Source: Acidimicrobiales bacterium (GTDB lineage Bacteria > Actinomycetota > Acidimicrobiia > Acidimicrobiales > Bog-793). From it: a stretch of 64,000 bases of DNA. The notes under the pieces are model-generated. The model was not told where the DNA came from, ran no database searches, and was given only the letters and a program-made list of their open reading frames with translations. Positions 12,599 to 22,847 of the stretch are shown piece by piece. Location of the stretch: positions 11,455-75,454 of the forward strand of contig JBEKBI010000010.1 in assembly GCA_050015475.1 (NCBI GenBank). The letters run 5' to 3'. Each line of letters opens with the position of its first letter. The stretch's first letter is position 1. A program made the translations under genes and the position numbers.

Positions 12599-13228
12599 AT
12601 GACCAGGTCCGAGGACACACGGGAGCGCATCCTTTTCGGGGCGGAGGAAGTCGTTCTCCGCGACGGCGTCGCCCACCTCACTCTCGAGTCCGCGGCGGCA
12701 GAGGCCGGAATCAGCAAGGGCGGCGTGCTCTACCATTTCCCGTCGCGGGCCGCCCTCGTCACCGCCATGGTGCAGCGGCTCAGCTCCGAGTTCGACGCGG
12801 ACTTGGAGAAAGAGGGCGCCTGGTCCGGCGAGCCGGGGGCCTTCACGAGGGCCTACCTGGAGGCGAACTTCGGGCCTTCGAGCGAGGTTCCCGGGAGCCG
12901 GGAGCGGCGCCTCGGCGCCGCCGTCATCGCCGGCGTCGCCTCCGACAACGAGCTCCTCGAGCCGCTCAGGGAGCGCTTCGTGGCCTGGCAGCACGCCCTC
13001 GAAGCCGACGGGCTGCCCCCGGCGGCCTCGAGCCTGGTGAGGCTTGCGGCCGATGGGTTGTGGTTCACCTCGCTGTTCAGCCTCGCTCCACTCGGCGACG
13101 AGATGCGGTCCGAAGTGCGCGGTCAGCTTCTCTCCTATTTGGAGGCGATGGCTGCAGCCGGGGCGGCGGCCAGAGGCTCCAAGGCTCGGGCGCGCCCGGG
13201 CGCGGCGCGCAACAAGGGCTCGACGTGA
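12599..13228 (+). CDS. TetR/AcrR family transcriptional regulator
   Basis: N-terminal HTH RERILFGAEEVVLRDGVAHLTLESAAAEAGISKGGVLYHFPSR. Start moved to the internal ATG at 12599. Confidence 0.85.
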   Translation: MTRSEDTRERILFGAEEVVLRDGVAHLTLESAAAEAGISKGGVLYHFPSRAALVTAMVQRLSSEFDADLEKEGAWSGEPGAFTRAYLEANFGPSSEVPGSRERRLGAAVIAGVASDNELLEPLRERFVAWQHALEADGLPPAASSLVRLAADGLWFTSLFSLAPLGDEMRSEVRGQLLSYLEAMAAAGAAARGSKARARPGAARNKGST

Positions 13229-14460
13229 CCGAGCTCTCGAGAGCGCCCATCGACCCTGATCAGGCCCGCAGGACGCGGCGCGTCATAGTCGCCCTTTCGC
13301 TCTCGACTTTCGTCGAATGGGCGGGTGCGGGGTGCACGATGCCGCTGCTGCCGCTGTACCTGCGCAAGCTCGGCGCGCCGGTCACCCTCATCGGAGTGGT
13401 GATCGCGGTGTTCTTCCTCGCCGCCATCCTCGTCCAATACCCGATAGGGCGCCTCTCGGACCGAATCGGCCGCAGGCCCGTGCAGCTCGGCGGCCTTTTG
13501 ACCTACGCCGTGGCGAGCGCCACCTTCGCGGCGATCGGCACACCGATCTCCGCCCTTTTGATCAGGGGAGTTCAAGGCGCGGGCGCCGGCGTCGTAGACG
13601 TGGCGAACAACGCCACCGTGGGCGAGCTCGTGCACCCTTCCATGCAGGGACGTGCCTACGGGGCTCTGTTCGGCTCGAGGACGGTGGGACTGGCCATCGG
13701 CCCCTTCATCGGTGGCGTCGTGGGAGTGGGCGACATGCGCTGGCTGTTCGTGACCGCTGCCCTCGCGTCGTTGTTCGCGTGCCTCCCGATACTGCTCGTC
13801 GTGCCGCGCCGAGTGGTGAGGCACACCCACTCAAGCGGGCCGAGAGTCGTGCTCTGGCGGGACCGCAGCGTGCGCGGCGTCGTGCTCGGTTACGCCTCCT
13901 CGGGATTCATCGTCGGCGTCTACGAGGTCTGCTGGACTTTGCTGCTGCACTCCCGGCATGCAACAGGAACGCAGATCGGGCTGTCCTGGACGCTGTTCGC
14001 ACTGCCTTTCGCGGCCATGTCGTTGCCGGGCGGCTGGCTCGTCGATCATCTCGATCGGCGCTATCTGGCCGCGGGCGCGACGCTCATGTCGGCCGCGTTC
14101 GCGAGCACCTATCCGTTCCTCACCAACGTCTGGCTGCTCGTCGGCCTCGGCTCGGCGGAGGCCATGTGCGTGGCCGTCGGCGGGCCGGCGCTCGCCTCGC
14201 AGCTCGCCCACAGCGTCCCCAGCCGTCAGCTCGGGAGGGCGCAGGGTGCCACCTCGACGGCTCAGACGGGGGCGACGGGTGTCTCCGCCCTTTTCGCTGG
14301 CGCTTTGTTCGCGGCGCACCACTATCTGCCCTTCGTGTCCGCCTCGAGCCTCATCGTGTTGCTTGTCCTCGGGATGGCCTGGTGTTGGCGCGGGGTTCCG
14401 GGACGCCAGGAGCGACTGGGCGGCCCTTTTGAGCAACTGCCCGAAGCACAGGGTCAATGA
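13225..14460 (+). CDS. MFS transporter
   Basis: About 12 predicted TM helices and the MFS loop motif GRLSDRIGRRP. GTGA overlap with the TetR stop suggests a regulator/efflux pair. Confidence 0.85.
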   Translation: MTELSRAPIDPDQARRTRRVIVALSLSTFVEWAGAGCTMPLLPLYLRKLGAPVTLIGVVIAVFFLAAILVQYPIGRLSDRIGRRPVQLGGLLTYAVASATFAAIGTPISALLIRGVQGAGAGVVDVANNATVGELVHPSMQGRAYGALFGSRTVGLAIGPFIGGVVGVGDMRWLFVTAALASLFACLPILLVVPRRVVRHTHSSGPRVVLWRDRSVRGVVLGYASSGFIVGVYEVCWTLLLHSRHATGTQIGLSWTLFALPFAAMSLPGGWLVDHLDRRYLAAGATLMSAAFASTYPFLTNVWLLVGLGSAEAMCVAVGGPALASQLAHSVPSRQLGRAQGATSTAQTGATGVSALFAGALFAAHHYLPFVSASSLIVLLVLGMAWCWRGVPGRQERLGGPFEQLPEAQGQ

Positions 14461-14496
14461 TCGCTTGGACCGCCGCCCAGGCGGGCCCGGCGCGGT

Positions 14497-15321
14497 CTAG
14501 ACGGGCTCAGAAAGCGGCTGACGGACGGGCCGGGTTCGCCGTTCCCGCAGCCAGGTGCGGGCCACGGCGCGGCCGTAGTAAAGGCCGTAGAGGAGGTTCC
14601 CGCCCTTCTTCGACACCCCCGAGATGCGGGTCCGCACGGTCACAGGCCTCTCCTCGAAGCGGCAGCCGTGCATGATCGCCCCGATCAGCAGATCAGGCGC
14701 CTGGTACTGCGGCTCGGTGAGGACGAGCTCAGCGGTGAGCTCGGCTCGAAACGCCCTGATCGGGTTCGCAGTGTCGGTCACCGGGGTCCGGGTGAGGAGC
14801 GAGATGATCTTTGCGAACACGACGACGCCCGTGTTGCGCACCGCGTCTGTGCCATGGGTCACGCCCAGGCGCCGCGAGCCGTTCACGAAGTCGGCCCGGT
14901 CCGTCATCACCGGCTCGAGGACTACCGCCAAGTCATCAGGGTTCGTCTGGCCGTCGCCGTCGGATGTGACGATGAAGCGGGCGCCGTTCTCGCGGGCGAC
15001 GCGATATCCGAGACGCAAGGCTGCGCCCTGGCCCCGGTTTACAGGCGCCACGCAGGCGTAGTGGCCGGCGGCGCGCACCACGGCGCTCGTGCCGTCGTCC
15101 TCGCCGTCGACGACGACGAGCAGCGACACAGCCTCGCCGCAGATCTGTTTCGGCATCGCCTCCACGACGGCGCCGATGTTGTCCCGCTCCTTGTAGGCCG
15201 CGATGACGACCACGACGGGCGCGAGCACTATCGGCCCTTGCGCGGAAATGAGCTCGTCGATGGCGACGCGGTCGATCAGTTCGTCGACCGCCGCCTTGCG
15301 GCGCTTCGTGCGGGCGTTCAT
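14497..15321 (-). CDS. Family 2 glycosyltransferase (polyprenol-phosphate sugar transferase-like)
   Basis: VVVVIAAYKERDNIG ... LLVVVDGEDDGT ... GDGQTNPDD motifs typical of GT2. ATGA overlap with the ispH stop. Confidence 0.75.
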   Translation of the reverse strand: MNARTKRRKAAVDELIDRVAIDELISAQGPIVLAPVVVVIAAYKERDNIGAVVEAMPKQICGEAVSLLVVVDGEDDGTSAVVRAAGHYACVAPVNRGQGAALRLGYRVARENGARFIVTSDGDGQTNPDDLAVVLEPVMTDRADFVNGSRRLGVTHGTDAVRNTGVVVFAKIISLLTRTPVTDTANPIRAFRAELTAELVLTEPQYQAPDLLIGAIMHGCRFEERPVTVRTRISGVSKKGGNLLYGLYYGRAVARTWLRERRTRPVRQPLSEPV

Positions 15322-16409
15322 TCCCCGAGCCCCACGGAGGCGCCCGCGAGCATGTCGGCCGCGGTCACGTGGCGATCGGCCGCGGTCGGTGCCGAAGTCT
15401 CCGGCGGCGCCCCGACAGCCAGGCTCGCCGCGACGCCGAGACACCCGAGCAGGTCCCGCAATTCCGGCGGGGGAGGGAAGTACTCGTCCTCATCGGTGGT
15501 GTGCACCGTCTCCACGCCTTGCCTCGGCCGGAGGCGATCGAGAAGCTCCCGGATCAACCAGTCCGGAGCAGAGGCACCGGCGGTGACGCCGACCACTCCG
15601 GAGAGGTCGTCGGGCACCTCGGCGGGCGAGTTGACCCTCAGCACCCTTGGACAACCCGCCGCCACGGCGACCTTGGCGAGCGCCACGGTGTTGGAGGAGT
15701 TGGAAGAGCCGAGCACGACCATGGCGTCACAGCGCGGGGCGATGGCCTTGACTGCGCTCTGGCGGTTGGTCGTTGCGTAGCAGCGGTCGGAGCGGCCCGG
15801 CATCCACAAATCCGGGTGGATCTCGCGGGCGCGCTCCACGATTCCTTCCCATTCGTCGTGGGCGAGCGTGGTCTGGGCAAGCAGGGCCACGGGCTTGTCC
15901 GGCTCGATCTCGAGCCCGTCGAGATCCTCCTCGCTCTCGATGAGGTGCACCGCCTCAGGGGCGACCGCCATCGTCCCTATCGCCTCCTCATGTCCGGCAT
16001 GCCCGACGTAGAGGATCTTGTAGCCCTTTCTGGCCCGCACCTTCAGCTCATGGTGCACCTTGGCGACGAGCGGGCAGCAGGCGTCGACGACCACGCGGCC
16101 GTTCGAGGCGGCCGCCTGCTCGACCTCGGGGGCGGAGCCGTGGGCCGAGAGCATGAGGGGCGCAGACGCAGGCACTTCGCTCACGTCGTCGACGAACACG
16201 ACTCCCTGGCGCCGGAATTCCTCGACGACGAGCCGGTTGTGCACGATCTCGTGGTAGCAGTAGACGGGGGGCTCGAAGACCCGGACCATCCAGGCGAGGG
16301 CCTTGACCGCCATCTCCACGCCGGCGCAGAACCCGCGCGGCTCGGCCAGCAGGACAAGCCGCACGCGGCTCGCCTCTGGCCCCATGGGCTCAGTTCGGGC
16401 GGGGATCAC
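15318..16409 (-). CDS. ispH: 4-hydroxy-3-methylbut-2-enyl diphosphate reductase
   Basis: LLAEPRGFCAGVEMAV, conserved Cys residues and SSNSSN motif. Carries a roughly 45-aa C-terminal extension beyond the usual IspH length. The start could be the ATG at 16385. Confidence 0.9.
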   Translation of the reverse strand: MIPARTEPMGPEASRVRLVLLAEPRGFCAGVEMAVKALAWMVRVFEPPVYCYHEIVHNRLVVEEFRRQGVVFVDDVSEVPASAPLMLSAHGSAPEVEQAAASNGRVVVDACCPLVAKVHHELKVRARKGYKILYVGHAGHEEAIGTMAVAPEAVHLIESEEDLDGLEIEPDKPVALLAQTTLAHDEWEGIVERAREIHPDLWMPGRSDRCYATTNRQSAVKAIAPRCDAMVVLGSSNSSNTVALAKVAVAAGCPRVLRVNSPAEVPDDLSGVVGVTAGASAPDWLIRELLDRLRPRQGVETVHTTDEDEYFPPPPELRDLLGCLGVAASLAVGAPPETSAPTAADRHVTAADMLAGASVGLGE

Positions 16410-16433
16410 AGTAGACCAGGGTAGCCTTTGGAA

Positions 16434-17822
16434 ATGCCGCTACCGCAGGTGGTGGCCGTGGCCGAGCATTCGCCGGCTGAACGTTCCGGAGTCTGTGCGC
16501 ACGACGAGCTTCGCTCGATCAACGGACAGGTGCCCCGCGACGTCATTGAGTACCAGCTGCTCGCGGACGAGCCGATTGTCGAGCTCGAGGTCGTTCGTGG
16601 TGGGGTTGAGATCGAGGTCACGGTCGTCAAGCAAGCAGGTGAGCCCTTGGGGCTCGAGATCTCCGCCGCGATCTTCGATCGCGTGCGGACTTGCGACAAT
16701 CGGTGCGCGTTCTGCTTCGTCCGCCAGCTCCCGGCCGGGATGCGCCGGAGCTTGTACGTGAAAGACGATGACTACCGCCTCTCGTTCCTCTACGGGAACT
16801 ACACGACGCTGACCCGTTTCACGGAGCTCGACTTGGAGCGCGTCGTCGACGAGGGGCTCTCGCCGCTTTACGTGTCGATCCACGCCACCGACCCCGAGGT
16901 GCGGGCACGGATGCTCAACAATCCGCGAGGCGCTGTCTCCTTGCGGTGGCTGAGAGCCCTGCTCGATCACGGCGTCGAGGTCCACGGGCAAGTGGTGGTG
17001 TGCCCGGGCCTGAACGACGGGGCTGTCCTCGAAACCACGTTCGCCGGGGTGCTGGACCGCTTCCCGGAATTGGCGACCGTGGCCGTGGTGCCGGTCGGAG
17101 TGAGCCGTTTCTGCACGGAGCCGGCGATGAGGCCCCACACGAGGCTAGAGGCGGTGGAGACTGTCTCGACCGTGGAGGAGTGGCAGAGGCGTTTCACCGC
17201 AGCCCTCAAGCGCCGGGTGGTGTGGGCTTCGGACGAGTACTACCTCCTCGCCCAGCTTCGGTTGCCCGAGGAGCACGACTATGAGGGATTCCCACAGCTC
17301 GAGAACGGCGTCGGCATGGTGCGCGCCTTCGAGAAGTCGTTCGGGTCCGGGCTGGACGAGGACTCAGAAGAGCCCGCCGGCCCCTCGAGCTCGGGGTGCT
17401 TCGCGGGAGTGCAGGGCGCGCCCGCGGCGGGCTATAGAGCCGTGAGGGCCACGCGCGAGAACGGCTCCCCGAAGGCGCCGGGAACTGACGGAGGGCGCCC
17501 GATCACAGTGCTGACCGGTGACTACGGAGCGACCGTTCTCCGGCCGTTGCTGGACCGCCACGGCTTCGAGGCTGTCAAGGTGCTGCCGGTCCGCAACGAG
17601 TTCTTCGGGGGGAACATCGCCGTGGCCGGTCTCATCACAGGCCCCGACGTGGCCCGGACCATCGAGGGCGAACCGTCCGGAGGTCGCTACCTGCTGCCTG
17701 ATGTGTGCTTGTCGGGCGGCCGCTTCGTCGACGGTTCGGCCCCGGACGAGCTCGGGGCCGCGGTCAAGGTCGTGCCGACGAGCGGCGCCGCCCTGAGAAG
17801 GATCCTGGAGGAGGAACGATGA
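16434..17822 (+). CDS. DUF512-type radical-SAM-like protein with N-terminal PDZ-like domain
   Basis: CDNRCAFC (Cx3Cx2C) followed by DDDYRLSFLYGNYTTLT. Immediately upstream of and overlapping der. Confidence 0.7.
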   Translation: MPLPQVVAVAEHSPAERSGVCAHDELRSINGQVPRDVIEYQLLADEPIVELEVVRGGVEIEVTVVKQAGEPLGLEISAAIFDRVRTCDNRCAFCFVRQLPAGMRRSLYVKDDDYRLSFLYGNYTTLTRFTELDLERVVDEGLSPLYVSIHATDPEVRARMLNNPRGAVSLRWLRALLDHGVEVHGQVVVCPGLNDGAVLETTFAGVLDRFPELATVAVVPVGVSRFCTEPAMRPHTRLEAVETVSTVEEWQRRFTAALKRRVVWASDEYYLLAQLRLPEEHDYEGFPQLENGVGMVRAFEKSFGSGLDEDSEEPAGPSSSGCFAGVQGAPAAGYRAVRATRENGSPKAPGTDGGRPITVLTGDYGATVLRPLLDRHGFEAVKVLPVRNEFFGGNIAVAGLITGPDVARTIEGEPSGGRYLLPDVCLSGGRFVDGSAPDELGAAVKVVPTSGAALRRILEEER

Positions 17823-19168
17823 TGGCGGAGAGCGCCACGCGACTCCCGATCGTGGCTGTGGTCGGGCGGCCGAACGTCGGGAAATCGACCCTGGTGAACC
17901 GGATCGCCGGCAGGCAGCTCGCCATCGTCGAGTCGCGGCCGGGAGTCACCCGGGACCGTCTCGAGGTCGAGTGCGAATGGAACGGCCGGTCGTTTCTCGT
18001 CGTCGACACCGGGGGAGTGGTGGAGCGGGGCGACACCCTCGACGTGAAAGTCACCGAACAAGCTCTTCGGGCCCTTGGCGAGTCGGACTTGGTGCTGCTG
18101 GTGCTCGACACGATCACAGGCGTGACGGGAGAGGACTCAGCCGTCGCCCAGCTTGTCCGCCGCAAGGCCGGTCAGGTCCTCGTGGTGGCGAACAAGGTCG
18201 ACTCCGAGCGGCGGGAGTCAGACGCCTGGGAGTTCGCCCGACTGGGCCTCGGCGACCCCGTGACGGTGAGCGCGTTGCACGGTCGCGGCGTCGGTGACCT
18301 TCTCGACGAGGTGGTGAAGCGCCTGCCGGGAGCACTCGAGCTCGGAGACGGCCGCGGCGCTGAGGCGGGATCGGGCGCGCAGCCGTCCGCGGCGGCCGTT
18401 CCCGCCGTCGCCATCGTCGGGCGCCCGAACGTCGGCAAGTCGACGCTGTTCAACAACCTCTCCGGAGAGGAGCGCTCCGTCGTCCACGACCTGCCCGGCA
18501 CAACCCGGGACGCCATCGACACCGTGATCGAGACCGAGAGCGGCGCCGTCAAGCTCATCGACACCGCCGGCATGCGTCGCAGAGCCAGGAGCGGCGAGGG
18601 GCCCGAGTACTACTCGCTCGTGCGTGCCCTGAGAGCGCTCGACCGGGCAGATGTCGCCTTGTTGGTCCTCGACGCCACCGAGGGTGTGACACATCAGGAC
18701 CAGCGTCTCGCCGAGAGGATCGACGCCTCCGGCAGCCCGGTCGTGATCCTGCTCAACAAGTGGGACCTGCTCGGCACCGAGGAGCGCCTCGAGGTGAGCG
18801 AGGCCGTCGCCGATCGCCTGGCGTTCCTCGGGTACGCGCCCGTACTGCGGATCTCCGCCAAGACCGGTCTCGGGGTCCACCGCCTCCTGCCCGCCGTACA
18901 GGAAGCCGTCAGCGCCTACCACCGCCGCATACCGACGAGCCGGTTGAACGACGGGCTGAGGAGTGTGCAGGCCGCTCAACCGGCTCCCGGTGGAGCCCGC
19001 ATCCTCTATGGAGTGCAGGGCGCCGTCGATCCGCCCACTATCACCCTGTTCGCGACACGCCGGCTGCCGCCCACATATCTCCGTTACCTCGAGCGGTCCT
19101 TGCGCGACCGCTTCGAACTCGGCCCTACGCCGATCGAGCTCAGAGTGAGGGTGCGCCAGCAAAGGTGA
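17819..19168 (+). CDS. der: Ribosome-associated GTPase Der (EngA)
   Basis: Two tandem G domains (VVGRPNVGKSTLVN and IVGRPNVGKSTLFN, each with DTGG/DTAG and NKxD) plus a KH-like C-terminus. ATGA overlap with the upstream gene. Confidence 0.95.
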   Translation: MMAESATRLPIVAVVGRPNVGKSTLVNRIAGRQLAIVESRPGVTRDRLEVECEWNGRSFLVVDTGGVVERGDTLDVKVTEQALRALGESDLVLLVLDTITGVTGEDSAVAQLVRRKAGQVLVVANKVDSERRESDAWEFARLGLGDPVTVSALHGRGVGDLLDEVVKRLPGALELGDGRGAEAGSGAQPSAAAVPAVAIVGRPNVGKSTLFNNLSGEERSVVHDLPGTTRDAIDTVIETESGAVKLIDTAGMRRRARSGEGPEYYSLVRALRALDRADVALLVLDATEGVTHQDQRLAERIDASGSPVVILLNKWDLLGTEERLEVSEAVADRLAFLGYAPVLRISAKTGLGVHRLLPAVQEAVSAYHRRIPTSRLNDGLRSVQAAQPAPGGARILYGVQGAVDPPTITLFATRRLPPTYLRYLERSLRDRFELGPTPIELRVRVRQQR

Positions 19169-19237
19169 CCGATGCGGCGCCCAACCGGTTGCGAATGCCG
19201 TTAGCCTTTAGTTAGCGCAGCCATGGAGGGAGGCGCC

Positions 19238-19792
19238 ATGTGGGTGATCGCAGGAGTCCTGCTCGGGCTCGTCGTTTTCGCTTCGGTGCTCGGTTTCCAC
19301 GTTGGTCCCCACGCCCACGTCGCCGCGGGCGTCCTAGGTCTTCTGGCGGCACTATGGCTCGTGGCGATGGCCGTCGACGGCCGCTCCGCACCGGTGCTGT
19401 GGGCCCTGCTCAGCGCGGACGTTGTCGTCTCGGCCGGCATCGGGACGCTCGCCTGGAAAGGCATGACGACGCGTGGCATCTTCGTGGCCGACCGCCATCT
19501 CGTCTCGCCCGTGGGCGCTGAAGGCGTTGCCGTCGAGAACCTCGACCCGAAGGGGATAGTCCGCGTGAATGGCGAGAATTGGTCAGCCGTGGCGGTCAAC
19601 CCACCCGTGCGAGCCGGTTCCGAGGTCCACGTCGTGCGAGTGGCGGGCGTGCGCCTCGAGGTGTGGGGGGACGACATCGTGGCGATCACGGGAGCAAACG
19701 ATCCCGGCGAGTCTGTCCTACGCTTCGATGACTTGGCAGACGACACGCCGCCCTCCTCTGGCGAGGAGCCCAAACAAGGAGGTGCCTCATGA
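19238..19792 (+). CDS. NfeD family membrane protein
   Basis: N-terminal TM helices and a C-terminal OB-like VRVNGENWSAV. Precedes and overlaps an SPFH gene. GGAGGGAGG lies 4 nt before the ATG at 19238. Confidence 0.8.
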   Translation: MWVIAGVLLGLVVFASVLGFHVGPHAHVAAGVLGLLAALWLVAMAVDGRSAPVLWALLSADVVVSAGIGTLAWKGMTTRGIFVADRHLVSPVGAEGVAVENLDPKGIVRVNGENWSAVAVNPPVRAGSEVHVVRVAGVRLEVWGDDIVAITGANDPGESVLRFDDLADDTPPSSGEEPKQGGAS

Positions 19793-20742
19793 TCATCGGG
19801 ATCGTGATCGGAGCGGTGGTGATGTTGCTCCTGCTCATGACAGGGTTCTCGGTGCGGATCGTGAGGGAATACCAACGGATAGTGCTGTTCCGGCTCGGAC
19901 GTGCGCTCGGGACGCGGGGACCGGGGCTCGTGATCATCAACCCGGTGACGGACCGCACCTCGTGGGTGGACTTGCGGGAGCAGTTCCTCGAGATCCCCCA
20001 TCAGACCGCCATCACCAAGGACAACGCGTCGATCTCGATCGACTTCATCATCTTCTACAAAGTCGTCGATCCCTCGATGTCGGTGTTGCGTGTCGGCAAT
20101 TTCGCGGGAGCGGCGCAAAACGTGGCCGCCACCACGCTTCGCAGTGTCGTGGGCGACATGCCGCTCGACGACGTGCTGTCCAAGCGGGAGGAGATGAACG
20201 CCTCGCTCCGCGTCCGTCTCGACGAGGTGACCGAGCGCTGGGGAGTGAAGGTGACCACGGTCGAGGTGCGTGAAGTCAACCCGCCGCCCGGAGTGCTCGA
20301 GGCCATGACGCGCCAGATGTCAGCGGAGCGGACGCGAAGGGCTGCCGTGACCGAGGCCGAGGGGCAGAAGCAGGCGGCCGTGACCCTCGCCGAAGGCACA
20401 AAGCAGGCGGCGATTCTCGCCGCCGAAGGCCAGAAGCAGTCCACGATACTTAGAGCGGAGGGTCTGTCTTCCGGCCTCGAACGGATCCTGACGGTCGCCC
20501 GCGGGCTCGACTACAACACCATGCAGCTGCAGTATCTCGAGACCTTGAAGCAGATCGGCTCTTCGGCGGCGACGAAGATCGTTGTTCCGATGGAGCTCGG
20601 AGGGTTGCTGAACGGCTTGCGCAGCATGGTCGCGCCCGACTCAGCACGGCGATCCGACGGCGAGCTCGCCGGCAAAGCGTCCCCGGATCCGGGCGAGCTG
20701 GCTTCAGGCGCGACGAAGTCTGACGGAGCCGCCGGCTCCTGA
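19789..20742 (+). CDS. SPFH/Band 7 (stomatin/slipin-like) protein
   Basis: N-terminal TM, then VREYQRIVLFRLGR ... ITKDNASISIDFIIFYKV and an AEGQKQA-rich coiled coil. ATGA overlap with nfeD. Confidence 0.9.
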   Translation: MIIGIVIGAVVMLLLLMTGFSVRIVREYQRIVLFRLGRALGTRGPGLVIINPVTDRTSWVDLREQFLEIPHQTAITKDNASISIDFIIFYKVVDPSMSVLRVGNFAGAAQNVAATTLRSVVGDMPLDDVLSKREEMNASLRVRLDEVTERWGVKVTTVEVREVNPPPGVLEAMTRQMSAERTRRAAVTEAEGQKQAAVTLAEGTKQAAILAAEGQKQSTILRAEGLSSGLERILTVARGLDYNTMQLQYLETLKQIGSSAATKIVVPMELGGLLNGLRSMVAPDSARRSDGELAGKASPDPGELASGATKSDGAAGS

Positions 20743-20807
20743 GTCGGGTCCTCTCCGGTACTACGGGCTGTCGAGGGTCGGCCCGCTGCCGTAGGCTGTG
20801 GCCTTCG

Positions 20808-20882
20808 CGGGCTGTGGCGCAGCTTGGTTAGCGCGCTTGACTGGGGGTCAAGAGGTCCCGGGTTCAAATCCCGGCAGCCCGA
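20808..20882 (+). tRNA. tRNA-Pro (anticodon GGG)
   Basis: Cloverleaf read by eye. Acceptor CGGGCTG/CAGCCCG, D-arm GCGCAGCTTGGTTAGCGC, anticodon stem CTTGA/TCAAG with loop CTGGGGG (GGG, G37), T-arm CCCGGGTTCAAATCCCGG. CCA is not encoded. Confidence 0.9.
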
Positions 20883-20914
20883 CATAGTGGCTCACCCCAT
20901 TGGGTGGGTCGCTC

Positions 20915-21094
20915 TCAGGAGAGTGCAGCCTGTCGGCTCGACCGTGAATCCTGCAGCTCTTCGAGCAAGTGGCGTGCCTCATCTGGGTCACGGGTGGCAT
21001 AGAAGTCACGCAGCCGCTCTTTGACCCGGTAGGCGATGGCCACCTCGGCATCCGGGTCGCCGAGCTCGAGTAGTGAGCTCAGGCGCGGTCGTCC
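20915..21094 (-). pseudogene. Remnant of an ISL3-like transposase (C-terminal fragment only)
   Basis: Translation LLELGDPDAEVAIAYRVKERLRDFYATRDPDEARHLLEELQD matches the GDPxxEV..AW.AKE.VR..Y pattern I recall from ISL3-family transposase C-termini. There is no N-terminal or DDE part and no terminal inverted repeats. Confidence 0.5.
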
Positions 21095-22635
21095 TCGCTG
21101 TCGTCGATCCATTTCTTGCCGTCCCAGTATCGGAACGGCTCCCGGCCTGCTGGCACTGTCGGGTCGACATACCACCCGGCGGGTCTCGCGTCGGTCCCGC
21201 TGTGGGCTGCGGGAGCACCCGGCTCCGCCCCTTTAGCGGGAGCCGCCACGGCTCGTGCCGGGGTGTCGCGGGGCGCCTTGTAACGTGACGCGCTCGGCAC
21301 CGCCGGTGCGACACGACTCTTGCGCCTTATGGCAAGCGCGAGAGCGCCGAGACCGAAGAGGAGCACGAGCAAGAACGCCAGCTGCCTCCTGTTGAGCGGG
21401 AACGGGCCGCCCAACGCCCCGTACTCCGCTTGTGCGAAGGCCAGGAACTGCTGGGGATTGGTACGTGTCCCGTAGGAAGTCATCGAGACCACGGCAAGGT
21501 CCGAACCACGGTAGAAGCCGGCGATGCGGACCTCGAAGGCGATGTGTTTGGCCGGGGTGCCCTCGACCCCGTCCCACACGTAACCGACGGCCCCGGGGAT
21601 GCCGGTGACGGTGAAGCTGGAGGAACCCGTGTACTGGACCCTTGAGCTGCTGAACGCCTTCGGGCTGCGGATCCGCGTGGCGAGATATGCGAGCGCGTTC
21701 TGCGCGGATGGGATGTCGGCGTGCTGCTGCAGTCCCACAACCGCCTTGAGCTGTGCGTTCCCGTCCCACCAGACCTTCCAATAGGCGGCGAGGCTGATTG
21801 GGATGGCACCGAAATGTGTGATCCTGACTGGTGCGAGGATGATCGTGGGCGTGAGGGGCGCGCCGCCCAACACGTCGATCTGCCTTAAGTGGCTGGGGGC
21901 GGGAAGCACCTCGGTGGGCTGCCGACCGCCGTTCCCGATGGCAGTGGGGACCATGCCGCTTGACGGCGAGGAGACCACGTCCTGCGACAGAGTCGGAGCG
22001 GAATGGTTCAACGCGGCTCCGCAGGCCCCGCCCACAACCAGTGCCGCACCGACGCACACCAGGGTCCAGAAGCCCGAGGGGGTGCTAGCCGCTGCCTCCC
22101 CGGGTGTGCCGGACGCGGTGGCGGCCCGTCGTCTGAGGGCCTTGCCTGTCGCGGCGCTGGGAGAACGGCGCGTGCCCAAGGGAACCCCAACCGCGGTGGC
22201 GAGCAGCTCGAGGTCGCTCTCCTTCAAGGTCACCACGTCCGAAGCGAGGGCGACCTCGACGCGCCCGCGGCCCTTCGGATTGCGGGCTCTTAAGTCCTCG
22301 CCCGGAAGCAAGCTGATCAAGGCGTGTTTGTGTGTCCAGTTGCTCCGCGACAGCAAGGCGAGCTGGCCGTCAGCCACGGCCACGGCGCGGCGCGGCCATA
22401 TCAAGCAGGCCACCACGACGGCGAGAACGAGACCGGCGAGGATACTTGTCGGGAAGACGACGGTCGCAAAGCCGACGAGCGCCACATAGACGAAAGCGGC
22501 GGCCGGCAACCACGCCGGAAGACGGGGGCGCGCTCGGCCGCGGGCATAGGCGACGACCTCCACGTCGTCCCCGAGGACATCCGCGGTCGCCTTGATGCCT
22601 CTGCGACTGGAGCGCGCCAATTCCGGTGGGGTCAC
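21079..22635 (-). CDS. Hypothetical multi-pass membrane protein with C-terminal DUF2510-like motif
   Basis: TM hairpin near the N-terminus, two further TM helices flanking a roughly 200-aa predicted extracytoplasmic domain, and C-terminal GWYVDPTVPAGREPFRYWDGKKW. Coding-like GC3 pattern. Confidence 0.65.
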   Translation of the reverse strand: MTPPELARSSRRGIKATADVLGDDVEVVAYARGRARPRLPAWLPAAAFVYVALVGFATVVFPTSILAGLVLAVVVACLIWPRRAVAVADGQLALLSRSNWTHKHALISLLPGEDLRARNPKGRGRVEVALASDVVTLKESDLELLATAVGVPLGTRRSPSAATGKALRRRAATASGTPGEAAASTPSGFWTLVCVGAALVVGGACGAALNHSAPTLSQDVVSSPSSGMVPTAIGNGGRQPTEVLPAPSHLRQIDVLGGAPLTPTIILAPVRITHFGAIPISLAAYWKVWWDGNAQLKAVVGLQQHADIPSAQNALAYLATRIRSPKAFSSSRVQYTGSSSFTVTGIPGAVGYVWDGVEGTPAKHIAFEVRIAGFYRGSDLAVVSMTSYGTRTNPQQFLAFAQAEYGALGGPFPLNRRQLAFLLVLLFGLGALALAIRRKSRVAPAVPSASRYKAPRDTPARAVAAPAKGAEPGAPAAHSGTDARPAGWYVDPTVPAGREPFRYWDGKKWIDDSEDDRA

Positions 22636-22847
22636 GCAGGGAGATTATCCGCGTGGGAGCAGGGTGTTGTTTGGGAACGTCCTGGTGTGCAAGTTCCACA
22701 CGCGACGGGGCCGAGGCGAGGAGCGCCAGGAAGGTGGTGCCGAGAAGAGTCGCTTGACCGCAGAGGCTGTATTGATTGGCCTCTTCGGTCCGGGAAGCCC
22801 GTGCATGAGCCAAGTGGGCGTCGGCTCCCGTCCTGTACCGTCGGGTC